Positions 10,967 through 25,260 of a stretch of DNA of 64,000 nt are shown piece by piece. A program made the translations under genes and the position numbers. Position 1 is the first letter of the stretch. Every line of letters begins with the position of its first letter. This DNA is from Eledone cirrhosa (taxonomy: Eukaryota): contig OZ024743.1 of the NCBI GenBank assembly GCA_964016885.1, forward strand, positions 324,074,001 through 324,138,000, given 5' to 3'. The notes beneath the pieces were generated by a model that did no database searches, was not told where the DNA came from, and worked only from the letters and a program-made list of their open reading frames with translations.

Positions 10967-13095
10967 CACCAAAAATGACATAATTCACCTTTGTCCACAA
11001 ATATAGCTAGAAACATGTAGTGAAATAAACACATGGTCACAATGTATTTGGAAGAACATATCTACTGAGATTTGGCTACTGTTTCTAGCATGTTGCATGA
11101 CCATGTAGGTACATGCCTTTGTGTTATCTTTAATACTTGCTGTTATTGTTTGACCCTGGGACAGCCTTGACCATCTTGTCTATAACATGGGGCATGATTT
11201 GAGGGAGATTTGACTTCTATTTCTAGCAGATTGAGAGACCATGAAGCTATTCACCCCTTAGTTGGTTCATACTCATGGCTTTGTTGTTATTCTAGATTGT
11301 TTGGTGCAATTAAAGAATTTAGTTGTGTCTAAGTCTACCTGAGAATCCACTACATCCTGTAAGCCTTCATTAATGGCACTGCCAAGATAATGCTCAGTTC
11401 CTGCCAATTAAATAGCTGCATTCATAGCATTCCTCTACAGAGAATGTGCACATTAGCCTGCAAATTCAAATACGCACACATACATACATATATATTCACA
11501 CACATATACATACACACTCACAGATGCAGACATACATACATACACACACATTCACACATGTATACACTCACAGACACACACATGTAAACACTCCCAGACG
11601 TAGATATACATAGGGGCATATATACACACATATGAATACACTCATAGACACACTCACACGCACACACACGCATACACACCCTTATGCATCCACTCAGACA
11701 AATAGACATAGTGACACAAACACACAGACATACATGCATGTGCATATACACATAAATACATTGACGCCCAGACATGCACACAAAGACAGACGTTCCCACA
11801 CACACACACACATGCACACCCACCCACACACAGACATACACATGCACACAGACACTTTTCCACACATGCACACACAGACAGCTTCCCCCACACAGACACT
11901 CTTCTCCCACACATACATATGTAGGTACATACATAGTCACACATATATAGAAGCATCACAAGGTGTAAGTTGCTAAACACTCAAACAATTGTCTGTATGG
12001 TAAAGAACTCCACAGACATCTGCTAGACTTCCTGTAGATTTACTGCAGACAAAAGAATATTAGAAAGTTTCAATACCTTAACATCCTGTACCATGTGAAG
12101 CCACATTAGAAAGACATTCTTGAAGAACACAAAACAATACAATCATTGCATCATATTAAAACGTGTAGCCTTTACTCTAATACTGCAAATGTTCCGAACA
12201 ATCTACCTTCTATTAAAGATGCTACAAATATTTGAATTAACAAAACTGTTTTTAGATATTTTTTGCTAAATCATTACAGGATGTTGAAAGTTTAAAATAA
12301 ACCGATGCTATTTCTTTCAAATATATCCATAAAGGCACTGATATGGCTATGTGGTTAAGAAGTTCACTTCACAACCACATGGTCTTGGGTTCAGTCTGAC
12401 ATGAGGCATCATCAGCATGTGTCATCTACTATAGCCTAGGGCTGATCAAAACCTTGTGAGTGAACTTAGCTGATGGAAAATATAAGGAAGTACAACCTTT
12501 CTAGAGTTGATGCTATGAAAAAAAATGCACCCAGTACATTCTGCAAAGTGTGTGTGTGGGGGGGGGGGGGGGCGGGGTTAAGGAAGCACATCCAGAAATG
12601 ATGCCAAACAAATTTCTGAAAAGACACTTCAGTTGTGTCAAAGACAGGACAACCTCTTTAGTGCCGGTGCCACAATAATATGTACCTATTATACACAGTC
12701 ATTTGGTTGGTACTAAGAAGGACATTTAACTGTAGAAATTAGGTCAAAAGATGAGCATATGCAAGATTGTTAAAACAATAAAAACGAAAAATGGTGGTTG
12801 GCATCAGGATGTTGAGTTCTGCCTTTAAAAACTCTCATCCAACCCTATTAGTATGGAAAAAAATTCACGATATTGTGGTGGTGATGGTGGTGATGATTGT
12901 GGTGGTGGTAGTGATGATGGTGGTGGTGGTAGTAGTGATGATGGTGAAACATAATTTACATGCTCAAAGACACATTAACATATTTTTACATACACACACC
13001 CATACCCACACACAGACATACACACAGAAAGGCATGCACAGACCTAATTTTACATATTTTAACATTATTTACATGCTCAAATACACATTAACACA

Positions 13096-13131
<36 letters not shown>

Positions 13132-13358
13132 GAATCACATACATACCCAGATACAGCGAGAAAGAGACACACACACACATACATACAGAGATTCACATAT
13201 ATTTACTTTTACATATTCAAACACACATCATTTACATGCTCAAATACACATTAACATTTTTACACACACACATACAGACACCCACATACTTTTACATATA
13301 GAGACACAATTTACATGCTCAAATATACATTAATGCATCACTCCCCACACACACGGAG

Positions 13359-13407
<49 letters not shown>

Positions 13408-13629
13408 TATATAGACAAAGACACATACAAAGATGTATAAGTAGGCATAAAATGATGATGATGATGATGATGAGACACCCAATTTGCATGCTCAAACAAA
13501 CATTAACATATTTTTACAAACGCATACGCTAGCAAACACAAAAACATACACAGAAAGACATGAACACACAGATACACACAGAAACATACACACACACAGA
13601 AACATATTTACACACATACACACCACACA

Positions 13630-14008
13630 CAGAGAAACATGTCCACACACTCACACAGACAGAAAAACATGCCCACACACAGAAACATGTCCACACACAC
13701 ACGCACACACAGAAACATGTCCACACACACACACAGAAACATGTCCACACACACAAAAACATGTCCACACACACAAAAACATGTCCACACACACAGACAG
13801 AAAACATGTCCACACACACATATATACAGAAACATGTCTATACATACAGAAACATGTCTACACATACAGAGAGAGAAACATGTCTATACACACACACACA
13901 CAGATACATACAGAAACATGTCCACATGCACACACAGATACATATAGAAACATGTCTACACACACACACAGAGAAACATCTCCACACAGATACATATAGA
14001 AAAATGTC

Positions 14009-14020
<12 letters not shown>
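13630..14020. repeat. CA-rich minisatellite (unit ~CACACAGAAACATGTC)
   Basis: Repeated AGAAACATGTC cores separated by variable CA runs. Confidence 0.9.
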
Positions 14021-14065
<45 letters not shown>

Positions 14066-14524
14066 ATTACAATCTGTAGAATTCTAATGAAAAGCGGAAA
14101 AAACTGTAAATTCTTGCTAGGTTGTCTTTTGAGACAGAAAGAATGTAAATAATATTTTTGTTAGGATTCTATCTATGGGAGAACAACTTCCTGTTTCTAT
14201 GTTATCTTTAGAATAGTGGAGTCTTAGAGCTGGAAACCTCTGAGGTATAGAAGAAGACTGTTAGGGGTACAAGGCCACATTGTAGAAGTAGGGTCTTGGA
14301 GGTAGAAACCTTTGGGGGTATAAAAAGAGAAGGCTGTTAGGGGTACAAGGCCACATTGTAAAGGTTGAGTCTTCAAGTCCCAAACGCTTGGGGTATAGAA
14401 GCAGAAAGGATTTAGTGAAACACATTGACACCAAAACCTTTTTTTTAAGTCTGGCACTTACTGTTATTGAATTTTTTAAATGTGAAACTGCCAAGTTATA
14501 AACACTGACACACACACACACATT

Positions 14525-14830
14525 ATCATCATTATCCACTTTCTGTGCTGGTTGGGGTTGGATGGGTTGTCACAGTTTGAAACTGGACAGGTCAGAGCAA
14601 CATATCTTGCTCATACATTTCATATCTGGTTGCTTTCTATGACTGGATGCCCTTTCTAGCACCAACCATCTTACAGGGTGTACTGGGTGTGTATTTTTCA
14701 TAGCACTGGCACTACTACTTTACAGAGTGGAATGGGTGTGTTTTATCATGGTACCAATTCTGCCACTTTACATGGTGGACTGGGTGCATTTCATAATGGC
14801 ACCAGCACTAGAGAGGTTGCCACATGATCG
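14525..14830 (-). mobile_element. Diverged RTE 3' UTR with several internal modules
   Basis: (CAT)n, then GGATGCCCTTTCTAGCACCAACC and repeated ACTTTACAG.GTG.ACTGGGTG modules. Confidence 0.7.
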
Positions 14831-15428
14831 TCCAGACCCTTTATTGTCGCTCTAAATTCTAGTCTCTGACCCCATTTATGTTTAGTGTAGCATTGCTTGT
14901 AATGGTGGACATGTCTTTTCTATTATGACGTATTGCCAGTCAGCTCTGTCCTGTGTCATCTCTTTTATGAGATTCAGTTTTTGAGGTCATTCTTCCTAAC
15001 TTCATCCCTTCCATATCTGGAACTTCTTCATAATTATCCAGGTGTTCTTTTTGAGAGTATGTTTAACAGCCGGATGTTCTTGTTACCAAAACTTTTAGTT
15101 GTCTCTTATGACACGCAAGGATACAGTGTAACTTCTTTAATCCGGGATTTGAATACACACAGTATTTGAAAACCATAGGCAATTTCTTTCATTAGAAATA
15201 TGGTAACAAAACGGCTAATTAATTTATTTTCTTCATTACCACCATTCAATTACAAAATGAATAAAAATTCCAAAATAAATGAAAATAGAAAATTTCTTAC
15301 AGTTTTGAATGATGGCGGATTATGTTATTTTGTAATTAACATATAATTACATTTTGTGAAAATATAATTAATTTTTTGTTCTTTTTTACTTGAAATCAAT
15401 TTATTTCAAAGTAATGTAATTGTCTCTG

Positions 15429-15461
<33 letters not shown>

Positions 15462-17120
15462 TCCTTTAAATCATTTTTTCTGTATTTGTTTTTTCATTTT
15501 GATTATTTAAAAAAAATGAAAATAGTAAAATAGAAAGCAAGTCAATTGTTAAAGTCATGGATGCTGGCATGACTAAGTTTTGTGTATAATCATTAGGTCC
15601 TGGGTTCAATTCCACCATTAGATATCTTTGACAAGTGTCATTTACTCCAGCAATGGGTTGTAAATGAATCTGGTCAAATTTGGAAAGACAGTCAGATGGA
15701 CTATATATGTAATTAACCCTTTAGCATTTATATTACTCTATATTTACTAACTGTAAAGTGGTTGTGTCGGTGACACAACAAAAAGTGCCCAGTCTACACT
15801 GTAATGTGGTTGTGTAGGTGACATGTCAAAAAGCACCCAGCACATTCTGTAAATGTTAGCTTGGAAGATAGACATTAATCGGTGATGATGATGATATATA
15901 TACCTTTTATGGCTATGTGGTGAGCCTTATTACTCTGGAGTTTCACCTGGGTACTCACAGGGATACCAGATAAGTGTATGATTATCCTGCAAGTGCACAA
16001 GTGAAACCCCAGAGTAACTTAGCCATTAAATGAATATTTAAACGCTACTTTGGTATTCAGTACTTTTTCTCACATCCGTCAATAATACATGGATAATATA
16101 TATATGGATATGTAATACACATACATTCATGTGAAAATGAATATATTTCTTACCTCACATTTATTGCACAAAATTGTATCTATATATGTGTGCGTGTGTG
16201 TATGTATCATCATTTAACATCTGTCTCTCTGCTAGCAAGGGTTGAATGGGTCTTCACAGACCTAGTAAGTACTTAATCCAAGTCACTGACCTCTCAGATT
16301 CCCCACCACCACTCCAAACATCACCCCACCCCACCACTCACTGCCTTGCATCTCACATAAGTTTAATTCTGAACTCTACATTTCAGTAACACACAACACA
16401 CATAGCTATCATAATTACAAGACAAACTAACCTTAACTGCCTTCCTCCAAAGTAGTGTCCCTGCTTGTCCCAGGGCTAAAAGGAAGACATTAACTAGTAT
16501 CTCAGCCATTAGACTGTCCATGGTTTCCTGCTCCTCACTGCTGGCATCATAACCTTCCTTTAACCATCCAAGCCACTCTAACCTTGTCACATCATGTGAC
16601 CTTGTCATGTCACATGCTGACCTTTAAACCATTTCAGGTTCCCATATTGTGTTTAACATAATTTTTTTTCCCACCACACCAAACCATGTCATTGTTGTTG
16701 TGGTTGTTGTTTGTGATCTTATATTATGCTTACTAGATTTTTTCCCATCAGTAGCCAGCCATTTGGTTGTTGTTGTAGTGGTGGTGGTGGCAGTGTTTGT
16801 TGTGGTTATTGTTCTAACTGCTGTTGGCATTGTTGAGATGGAGATGATAATGGTAGGGTGTTGGTGGTTATGATGGTGACAATTGTTGTTGTGGTTATTA
16901 TTTCAGAAATACTCACTTCCTTTTCATGTATATTACCCACCACCATCACCACAACCTACTAACACTGAATTATCCCCTCTTGCTATTTATATTTCTCCCA
17001 TGGTGGCAGCAGTAGTCTCCATCTCCAGTCTCTGGCAATCACATTTTCTCACTCACGTTGTTGTTGTTGACTTCACTATAACCTGGGAAACCAACAAAAA
17101 TCCCCACCCCTCTCTCTCCC

Positions 17121-17151
<31 letters not shown>

Positions 17152-17317
17152 GCATGTGTGTGTGTATACATTTTGCTTAAAGAGAGAGAGAGAGAGAGAG
17201 AAAGAGAAAGAGAGAGAGAGAGAGAGAGATACTAGCTGGATCTGATTGACAGGAAAACTAAAGTAATGATAATACATTGTGACATTTTGGCTTTCCCTGA
17301 GAAACCAACAAATTTAA

Positions 17318-17700
17318 CACCATCACCACCACCACCACCACCACCAATAACAATATCACTATCAACACCAGCACAACCACAGTTCCACCACCATCACCAC
17401 CATCACCGATAACAATATCACTATCAACACCAGCACAACCACAGTTCCACCACCATCACCACCACCACCAATAACAATATCACTATCAACACCAGCACAA
17501 CCACAGTTCCATCACCACCACCACCACCACCAATAACAATATCACTATCAACACCAGCACAACCACAGTTCCACCACCATCACCACCATCACCAATAACA
17601 ATATCACCATCACCACCACCACTGCAACAGTACCACCACCATTACCACCATCACCACCATCAACAACCACACCATTAACACCACCACCACCACTGCAACA
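17318..17700. repeat. ~60-bp CAC-rich minisatellite
   Basis: AATAACAATATCACTATCAACACCAGCACAACCACAGTTCC repeated 4-5 times within (CAC)n. Confidence 0.85.
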
Positions 17701-19750
17701 GTACCACCCCATCACCATCCATAACCACCACCAACACCCTTATTATCACCACCACCACAACCATTAACATCACTATTGCTACCACCCTCACCAACATAAA
17801 TACCCCTATCATTACCACTAGGGTGATAAGATGGTGATGGTGGTTGTGGTAATGATGGCTGCAGTGGTGGTGGGTATGTCTATAAATTAACCTTTTAGTT
17901 ACCATCAGAAACAGTTCTGTGTGAGCAAGACACAGTCATCTGGCCCAACTTGCCTCAAATGGGACAACCCTTCTAACCCATGCTAACATAGAAAATAAAC
18001 ATTTAACGGTGATGATGATGATGATTTCTAATGAAAGACACTGACTATGATTTTCAAATATTTTTTAAATAACCAAGAATTTGATGGGATATAACTTTTC
18101 TTATTAATCTTGTGGTTGGAACATAACTTAAAGAGTCTTGGCGGTGGTGGTAGTGGTGGATGGGGATGTTGACGAAGATGATTATGATGATGGCGATTAT
18201 AGTGTTGATGGTGATTATGGTGATGATGATATTTAGCTAACACCATCATATTGCATATGGTGTGTTGTAGTTGTCTTGTGACTGGAGAGGTGGGGGGGGG
18301 GGCATATATATATGAATGATTGATAACATTTTATATATAGAACTGCAATGATACTGTCACCACCACCACCAACAACAACAACAGCAATACTACAAATAAA
18401 ACCAACACCAACAACAACAACACCAGCACCACCACCACTGCCACCAACCCCATTAATAACAATAGTGCAACTAACACCAAGAACAACAACAACAACAACA
18501 GCAGCAGCACCACCCCACCACCAACAACACCATCATCAACAATGCAACCAATACTAACAACAACAACACCCCCACTAATAACAATACCACCTCCACCAAC
18601 AACAACAGCAACAACAGAACAACAACAACAATGTCAGCAGCAGTACTGCAATAGCTTTAAAACCAGCCAAGCTGTGGACATTAATGTTGATGTGAAGAAG
18701 GAGACACAATAGATTAGAGTTCAATATGAGTTAGAGAATAGTGATTGGTAATTGGTGATTAATCTAATTGAACCACCTACAGGTCATCGATATATATATT
18801 TAGACATCAAAGAAAGTAATATACTAGATGTGATGTTGTTTGAGGAGAATATAATGGTGGAGCTTAGACAGCTGGGAATCAACAGGATGTACAGCCCTGG
18901 ACATCATGCAGCTAATTTATTTTTAAGTTCCTCCTCCAAATCCTCATCATCGTCACCACACCACCACCATCATCATCATTATCCTCACCACTATCATCAT
19001 CAACATCATCATCATCATCATCACCACCACTACCATCTCACCCCCACCATCATTATCCTCATCACTATCATCAACACCATCACCATCATCAACACCACCA
19101 TCATTATCCTCACCACCATCATCGTCATCATCATCATCCTCACCACCGCCATCAACATTATCATCCCTACCACCACCACCACAATCACCATCATTATCAA
19201 CATCATCTCAACCACCACCACCATCATCGCCACCATTATCCCTACCATCACCACCATCATCCTCCCCCCACCATCATCATCCTCACCACCACCATCACCA
19301 TCATCCCCCCCCACACCATCATCCTCACCACCAACATCACCATCACCATCACCAACGTCCACATCATTATCGTCATCATCATAAACATCAACATGTAGCT
19401 AAATTATTTCATTGTTAATCCTGGGCAATCATCATTATCATCATCATCATCACAACATTCTACATGCTGACACTGGTTTGCAAGGGTTATTACAGTCCAA
19501 GCCATTTAACCCAAGCTATTACCCCTCTAGATGGACCAAATGACCATATCTCACCAATAATTTGTAATTTTTGTGTTATTTCTAGGATTGGGTGCTCTTC
19601 CTAACATCAACTACTAAACAGAACATTTATTAAGTTATGTTCCAAACATCAGCTTTATAATGACAATGTTAGTTATATTACTAAATTCCTCAAATTCTTA
19701 AGTGTTTTCAAAATTATTTGAAAATCAGCCAGTGCCTTTCCTCAGTGGGT

Positions 19751-20010
19751 TAAAGTGGACGTGGAGGTGCCACGGCAAAAAAGCACCCAGCCCAAACTGA
19801 AGTGAACGTGTAGGCGCAACGGAAAAAAAGCACCCAGCACTCACTGTAAATGAGGTTGATGTTAGGAAGGGCATCCAGCTGTAGAAATCAAGCCAAAATC
19901 AGTTCCTGTATGAGCAAGACATGGTCAGCTGACTGGACACTGCCCACAACAGGACAACCCGTCTAACCCATGCTAGCATGGAAGAACGGACGTAAAACGG
20001 TGATGATGAT
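19751..20010 (+). mobile_element. RTE 3' UTR and tail
   Basis: Nearly identical to 26020-26277; ends CTAACCCATGCTAGCATGGAAGAACGGACGTAAAACGGTGATGATGAT followed by (AT)n. Confidence 0.9.
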
Positions 20011-20080
20011 ATATATATACATATGTATATATAAGAGGTGTAAGCCAACAGGTTAAAATCAACTTCGTTTATTCATCATC

Positions 20081-20138
20081 ACTGTTATATATATTTCGTG
20101 ATAACCATTATGCAACAGCTATGACCTCATCAGAGAGC
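20081..20138 (-). ncRNA. Degenerate type I hammerhead motif (Penelope-like remnant)
   Basis: Minus strand GCTCT-CTGATGA-G-GTCATAGCT...GGTTATCAC-GAAA-TATATA-TA-ACAGT, with one mismatch each in stems I and II. Confidence 0.5.
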
Positions 20139-21471
20139 TAGAATTTGAACAGAAAAACAACAATGGAATAAAGCTTAGTTCTATTTTTGCGCACTTTGTC
20201 GAGTGCTCTACCGTGCATACTGAAGTGTCGGTAATTAACCAAGACTTCCATCATAATTCTGTCAGAACCTTTGTTAAGTTAACTTTCAAACATTGACTTT
20301 ATAATGAGAAACTTATCTATATAACTAAATCCATTCAATTTTTCAAAGTGACTTGAAAAGCATAGGCAGTGTTTTTTCATTAGAAATATGGCAGTGAAAC
20401 AGTTAATGCTTATAAATCATGTTTCATATCATTCATATGATATTAGCAATGTAGAAACATTAGCTGTAATAAATCATGTAAAAATATTCAAATAAATTTC
20501 AGGGTCATTCAACCTGGGTTGAGAGGAAAATATCAATGATTCATCAATGAGAAAGAGAAAAAATGTAAATGAATATTTGAAAAGATTAAATTTATAATTG
20601 AATAGTGTAGGTATTTTGATGTTCTTCAGAAATAAAGTAATATCAATATTGATATATTGAGATGTGGTGTGTGTTTGGGTGTGTGAGTGAGGTATATTTA
20701 TATATATTTATTTATATATATATTGTGGTGTTTATATATATATATTGTGGAGAGGGGGGAGAGATTTCTCCAAACCATCTTAGTGTACTTAACAAGTAAA
20801 CTTCAATGGTATTTAGTGCTAAATTTGGGATTTGTGATGTTGATGGTGGTGGTGGTGGTGGTGGTGGTAGTAATTGTGTTGGTGGTGGCCATGATGATTA
20901 CAGGCTCATCAGGCCAGAGCTTATCCCAGTTTCATGAAGTGTTAAGTGACTGAGAGTGCAACCTTTTGTTAAGTTATGTTTCAAATACCAGCTTTAAAAA
21001 ATCCATTAATTGATTCTAAATGCCATGAACCATATGAAACTGAATTAGCAAAACATTCTTTGAAATTTCAAAACAGTGCAATGACTGCATCACATTAAAA
21101 AGAAAACCTTTCCTCAAATACTGCAATTTTTCACAACAATCCGTTGAGTAGTGAGCATACTATAATCATTTGAATTAACAACCTGTTTCTAGATATCTTC
21201 TTCTCAATTGATACAGAATGTTATTTGAAATACAGTATGTATCATTAGAAATATTGTCAGGAAATGGTTAAACCTGATGTTGTATGTTGTTCTTTATGAC
21301 ATAAACTTAACAATTCAATAAATAAAAATAGAGATAAATTAGAAACTGAAATAGATATTGGTAAGTTCTATAATTTACTAAAAAAATTCAAGGTAGTGCC
21401 CCAGCATGGCCACAGACATGACTGAAACCAGTAAAAGAATAAGAGAAAGATATGTGGTCTTATAAAAGGAA

Positions 21472-21745
21472 CAGAAAGGAGCTGATCATTAGATCAGACT
21501 AAGAAAAAAATGATTCTATTGTCTTTCCATTACTGATACTATCTCTCAGTCACAACTTCTACCAGAAGAAAGAGCTAATTATTAGATCAGACTGAGAAAA
21601 CAATGTTTCCATAATTCTTTCCATTACTGATACTATCTGTCAGTCACAAATTCTCCCAGAAGAAAGAGTTGATAAGGAAACAATGTTTCCATAAATCTTT
21701 CCATTACTGATTGTATTTGTCAGTCACAACTCCTGGCAGAAAAAA
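21472..21745. repeat. ~80-95-bp tandem repeat, 3 copies
   Basis: TCTTTCCATTACTGAT....T.T.TCAGTCACAA core repeated three times. Confidence 0.85.
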
Positions 21746-21819
21746 AAGGGAAATTTGAATCAGAAGACAGAGCTGGATCAGATACTCCAAAACATACTGT
21801 CCATCAATCCACTAACTTT

Positions 21820-22200
21820 GAACTGGTACTTTATTTATCGACCCCAAGTGGATGAATGGCAAAGTTGACCTCAACAGGACTTGAACTCAGAGCACAATAA
21901 GCCAGAACAAATAGTGAAGTGTTTAATCCAATGTTGTAACAACTCTGCCAATTCTTTACCATATATTATCATCTAAGTAAGGCTGTGGAATGGCAGTATT
22001 AGTTGAGCATTGGACACCATGCTTCGTGGCATATAGTTACAGCCTTTTGTGTTCTGATTTCGTATCCTGTTGAGGTGAGCTTTGCCTTTCATTCTTATGG
22101 AGTCATTAAAAGAAAGTACCAGTAATACATTGCAACCAATTTAATCGATTTCTCCTCTCCCCAAAATGGTTCACCTTGTGCCTAAATCTGAAACCATTAT
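21820..22200. mobile_element. Two SINE type A copies head-to-head (minus 21820-21955, plus 21980-22200)
   Basis: Conserved body (TTTATCGACCCC...GGATGAA.GGCAAAGTTGACCTC) and its reverse complement. Confidence 0.7.
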
Positions 22201-22814
22201 CATCATCATCAAAGAAGATGAAATTATGGAAAATGTTTTGTTGCAACTCCAAATAAAAATTAAAACCTCCCTTCTTCCTCCTCTCTAGATTCTATTCTTT
22301 AATTAGTATCAAGCAGTTTAATTGACTTAAATGATGGATTAATAATTACAGAACAATTGTTCACAATTAATATCATCTTCCTTACAACAATTGAATGAAT
22401 TCACATTCAGAAGATTCCACACAGGAATAATAATAATTATGTCAACAACAGCAACAATAACAACAACAACGGTAACAACAACAGCAGCAGCAACAGGAAC
22501 AACAGCAACAATAACAACAACTGTAACAACAACAGCAACAGGAACAGCAACAACAACAATGGTAAAAACAATAACAACAACAGCAAGAGAAGTTACAACA
22601 ACAATAACAACAGCAACAGCAAAAATAACAACAACAACAACATTAATAATTGTCTTTAATCTAGGCCCAGGGCTAATGATTTAGGAGGAAATGAAGTATG
22701 CATGCTGGGTGTGTAGTGTATGTAAATAACAGAACACAAGTGAACTGACAGAAAAATTGTATATGAGAGGAATATAGTGTGCAAGAAAGACAATTGCACT
22801 AATATGGGTTGTGA

Positions 22815-23140
22815 AGATGCGTGGCTTTGTGGTTAGGATTTTGGCTCACAATTGTAAGTTTATGAGTTCGATTGCTGGCAGTGCAGTGTGTCCTTGAGCA
22901 AGACACTTTATTTCACAATGCTCCAGTCCAGTCAGCTGGCTCAAATGAGTTGTGCCCGTAATTAAAAAAGGCCAGCCATGTTACATTCTGTGTCATGCTG
23001 AATCTCCCTGAGAACTACATTAAGGGTATGCATGTCTATGGAATGCTCTGCCACTTGCATGTTAATTTCATAAGCAGGCTGTTTCACTGATCGTATCGAT
23101 GGTAACACTCAATGTCGTAACCTACAGAGTGCCAGTTAGG
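22815..23140 (+). mobile_element. tRNA-derived SINE type B (CORE-like central block)
   Basis: A-box TGGCTTTGTGG, B-box GAGTTCGATT, and TGTGTCCTTGAGCAAGACACTTTATTTCAC core. Other copies at ~24532, 34195-34430 (-), 46465 and 58443. Confidence 0.8.
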
Positions 23141-23724
23141 TTACATGATGTGTAAGGAGAGCAAGATTTGTGTATAAAAGAAAGTGCTAAGTGCCTAAAG
23201 TGGATGTGATCTATGGTAAGGGGAAATCTAAAAAGACATGGGGTAAAGTTGTGAAACTGAACATTATAAAGAAAATGACACAGGTCTGAGCTGACTGGCA
23301 GTTATATCATAATACGAAAGACTCACTCTCCTATAAAAGCACTACAATACAAAAAGTAAACACAATTAGGAACCAGATTCTACAGTGTTGCTGACTGAAT
23401 GGAAACAATGAAAGGTTTGAGAGGACCCTACAGGTTGGATGATCATGTAACAACCTCTCTAGTGCTTGTGTTATGATAAAATGTACCCAGTATACTTGTG
23501 AAGAGTTAGTGTTGGTGCCACAAAAATGCATCCAGTACACTCTGCAAAATGGTAGTGCTGGTGCCACAAAAAAGGCACCCAGTACACCCTGTATTGTGAT
23601 AGGAAAAATCTTGCCAAATATGTAATGTCTGTGCAAGATGAAGTCTCTCTGACCTGTCTGGTCTTGAACTGTGACAACTTGTCCAGCCCATGCCAGCAAA
23701 CAAGCCAGGCCTCAACTGAATAAT

Positions 23725-23932
23725 AATAGTTTCTATTTTAGGCACAAGGCCAGCAATTTGATGGGGAGGGAAAGTCAATTAAATTAACCCAAGTGCATTA
23801 CTGGTGCTTTATTTATTGACCCCGTAAGGATGAAAGGCAAAGCTAACCTCGGTGGGATTTGAGCTCAGAACATAAAGGGCCATAGCTATGCCACAAAGCA
23901 TGGTGTCTGACGCTCTACCGATACTGCCAATA
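23725..23932 (-). mobile_element. SINE type A, near full length
   Basis: Reverse complement begins TTGGCAGTATCGGTAGAGCGTCAGAC, with conserved body and tail. Confidence 0.85.
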
Positions 23933-24531
23933 ATAATAATTTATTGGCCACAAGAGCACACAACGTTGGGAACAATACAAGGACAAAGTGGGGCTTACAT
24001 CAAGTAGATGATGATTATGACAATGTTAATAATTTTAACAAAACACTCAGAGATAATATTGCATATGAGTTATTAGTTTGGTTTGTAAAATTAAACAATG
24101 ACAAATTATGAAAGGATGAACATAATAGCAACACATAAACTATATAGATATATTTGATTGTCATAGCAACTTATATATATATATATATGTATGTATAGGT
24201 ATGTGGGAGGAGGAGGGAGAGCAGGGGCAGATATGGGGATGGGAAGGGGAAGAAGGGAAGATAGAAATAAAGAGAAGTGAAAGTGAAAAGAGAGAAGAAA
24301 AGAGTGAGAGAAAAGATCTAGGACTAAGAATAGCAAACAAAAGGCAATTAGTGGAGAATTTTTCAAGACAATTTATCAGATGTTTAGAAAAACATATTTT
24401 CTTGAAAACTACTTTTATAAATAAGATAACATATATCAAAGAAACAAATAGAATGTATTAAAATAAGTAAATAAATAAATAAAACATAATTAAATAAATC
24501 TTATTAAATTATATGTATTTACATATGTAAA

Positions 24532-24850
24532 GGTGTGTAGCTTAGTGGTTAGATTGTTTGGCTCTTAAAGTTGTGAGTTTGATTGTCAGTAGCATATTGT
24601 GTCCTAGAGCAAAACACTTTATTCCACGTTGCTCCAGTTCACTCAGTTGGCAAAAATGAGTTGTACCTGTAAGTCTAAGAGCCAACCTTGTCACACACAC
24701 ACACAGTTACGCTGAATCCTCTGGAGAAATGCATGAAGGGCATACATTTCTATATAATGCTCAGTCACCAGCATGTTAATTCCACAAGCAGGCTGTTCCA
24801 TTCATCAAACAACTAGAATATTTGTCATTGGCACCGACATAAGTCCAAAA
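24532..24850 (+). mobile_element. SINE type B
   Basis: TAGCTTAGTGGTTAG A-box and GTGTCCTAGAGCAAAACACTTTATT core. Confidence 0.75.
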
Positions 24851-24874
24851 GCACAATATATGTGTCTATAAAAA

Positions 24875-25260
24875 AAATGGCTTACACAGATGACATAGTT
24901 CTCTTGGAAAAGATCTAAACAGAGTGGAGGCTACAATGCAGTCCACTGGATTCTTCTTGAATGCTGGCAAAACAGAATTTGTCAAATACTACGTCAAATA
25001 AACAAATGCATGTGCTGGATGGATTGGAGATTGAGGAAGTTGATGACTTGTATCTTGGCAGTTTTAGGAACACAGAGAACGATGTGGACATCAGGATAGG
25101 AAAAACATGGGGAAGGGGACTCTGAACTCTCTATCAAATGTGTGGGTGTCTCTAAACAAGAAAACCACAAAAATGAGGCTATTCAAAACAACGGTTGAGT
25201 CCATTCTCCTCTATGGATGTGAGTACAGCTACGCTCCTGATATGATCAAAACCAAACAAA
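24875..25260 (+). pseudogene. Decayed RT fragment of a different RTE-clade family (no PHD insert)
   Basis: Broken frames read AYTDDIVLL, LNAGKTEF, LEIEEVDD..YLGS, DVDIRIGK, KMRLFKTTVESILLYGCE. Confidence 0.75.

Noticed and set aside
11390-14063. H/T- and C/V-rich ORFs
   Set aside because: Translations of CA/TG microsatellites and a CA-rich minisatellite.
16363-16608. 81-aa ORF with a hydrophobic, signal-peptide-like stretch
   Set aside because: No recognisable homology. The hydrophobic run coincides with a polypyrimidine tract, so it is kept only as a micro-exon candidate.
20843-20955. CTGATGA on the minus strand (also near 36228, and at 34200 on plus)
   Set aside because: No correctly placed GAAA or stems; these are SINE-tail fragments, not hammerheads.
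22391-22684. Mucin-like poly-Thr ORF
   Set aside because: Degenerate (AAC)n/(AGC)n repeat with no splice or domain support.
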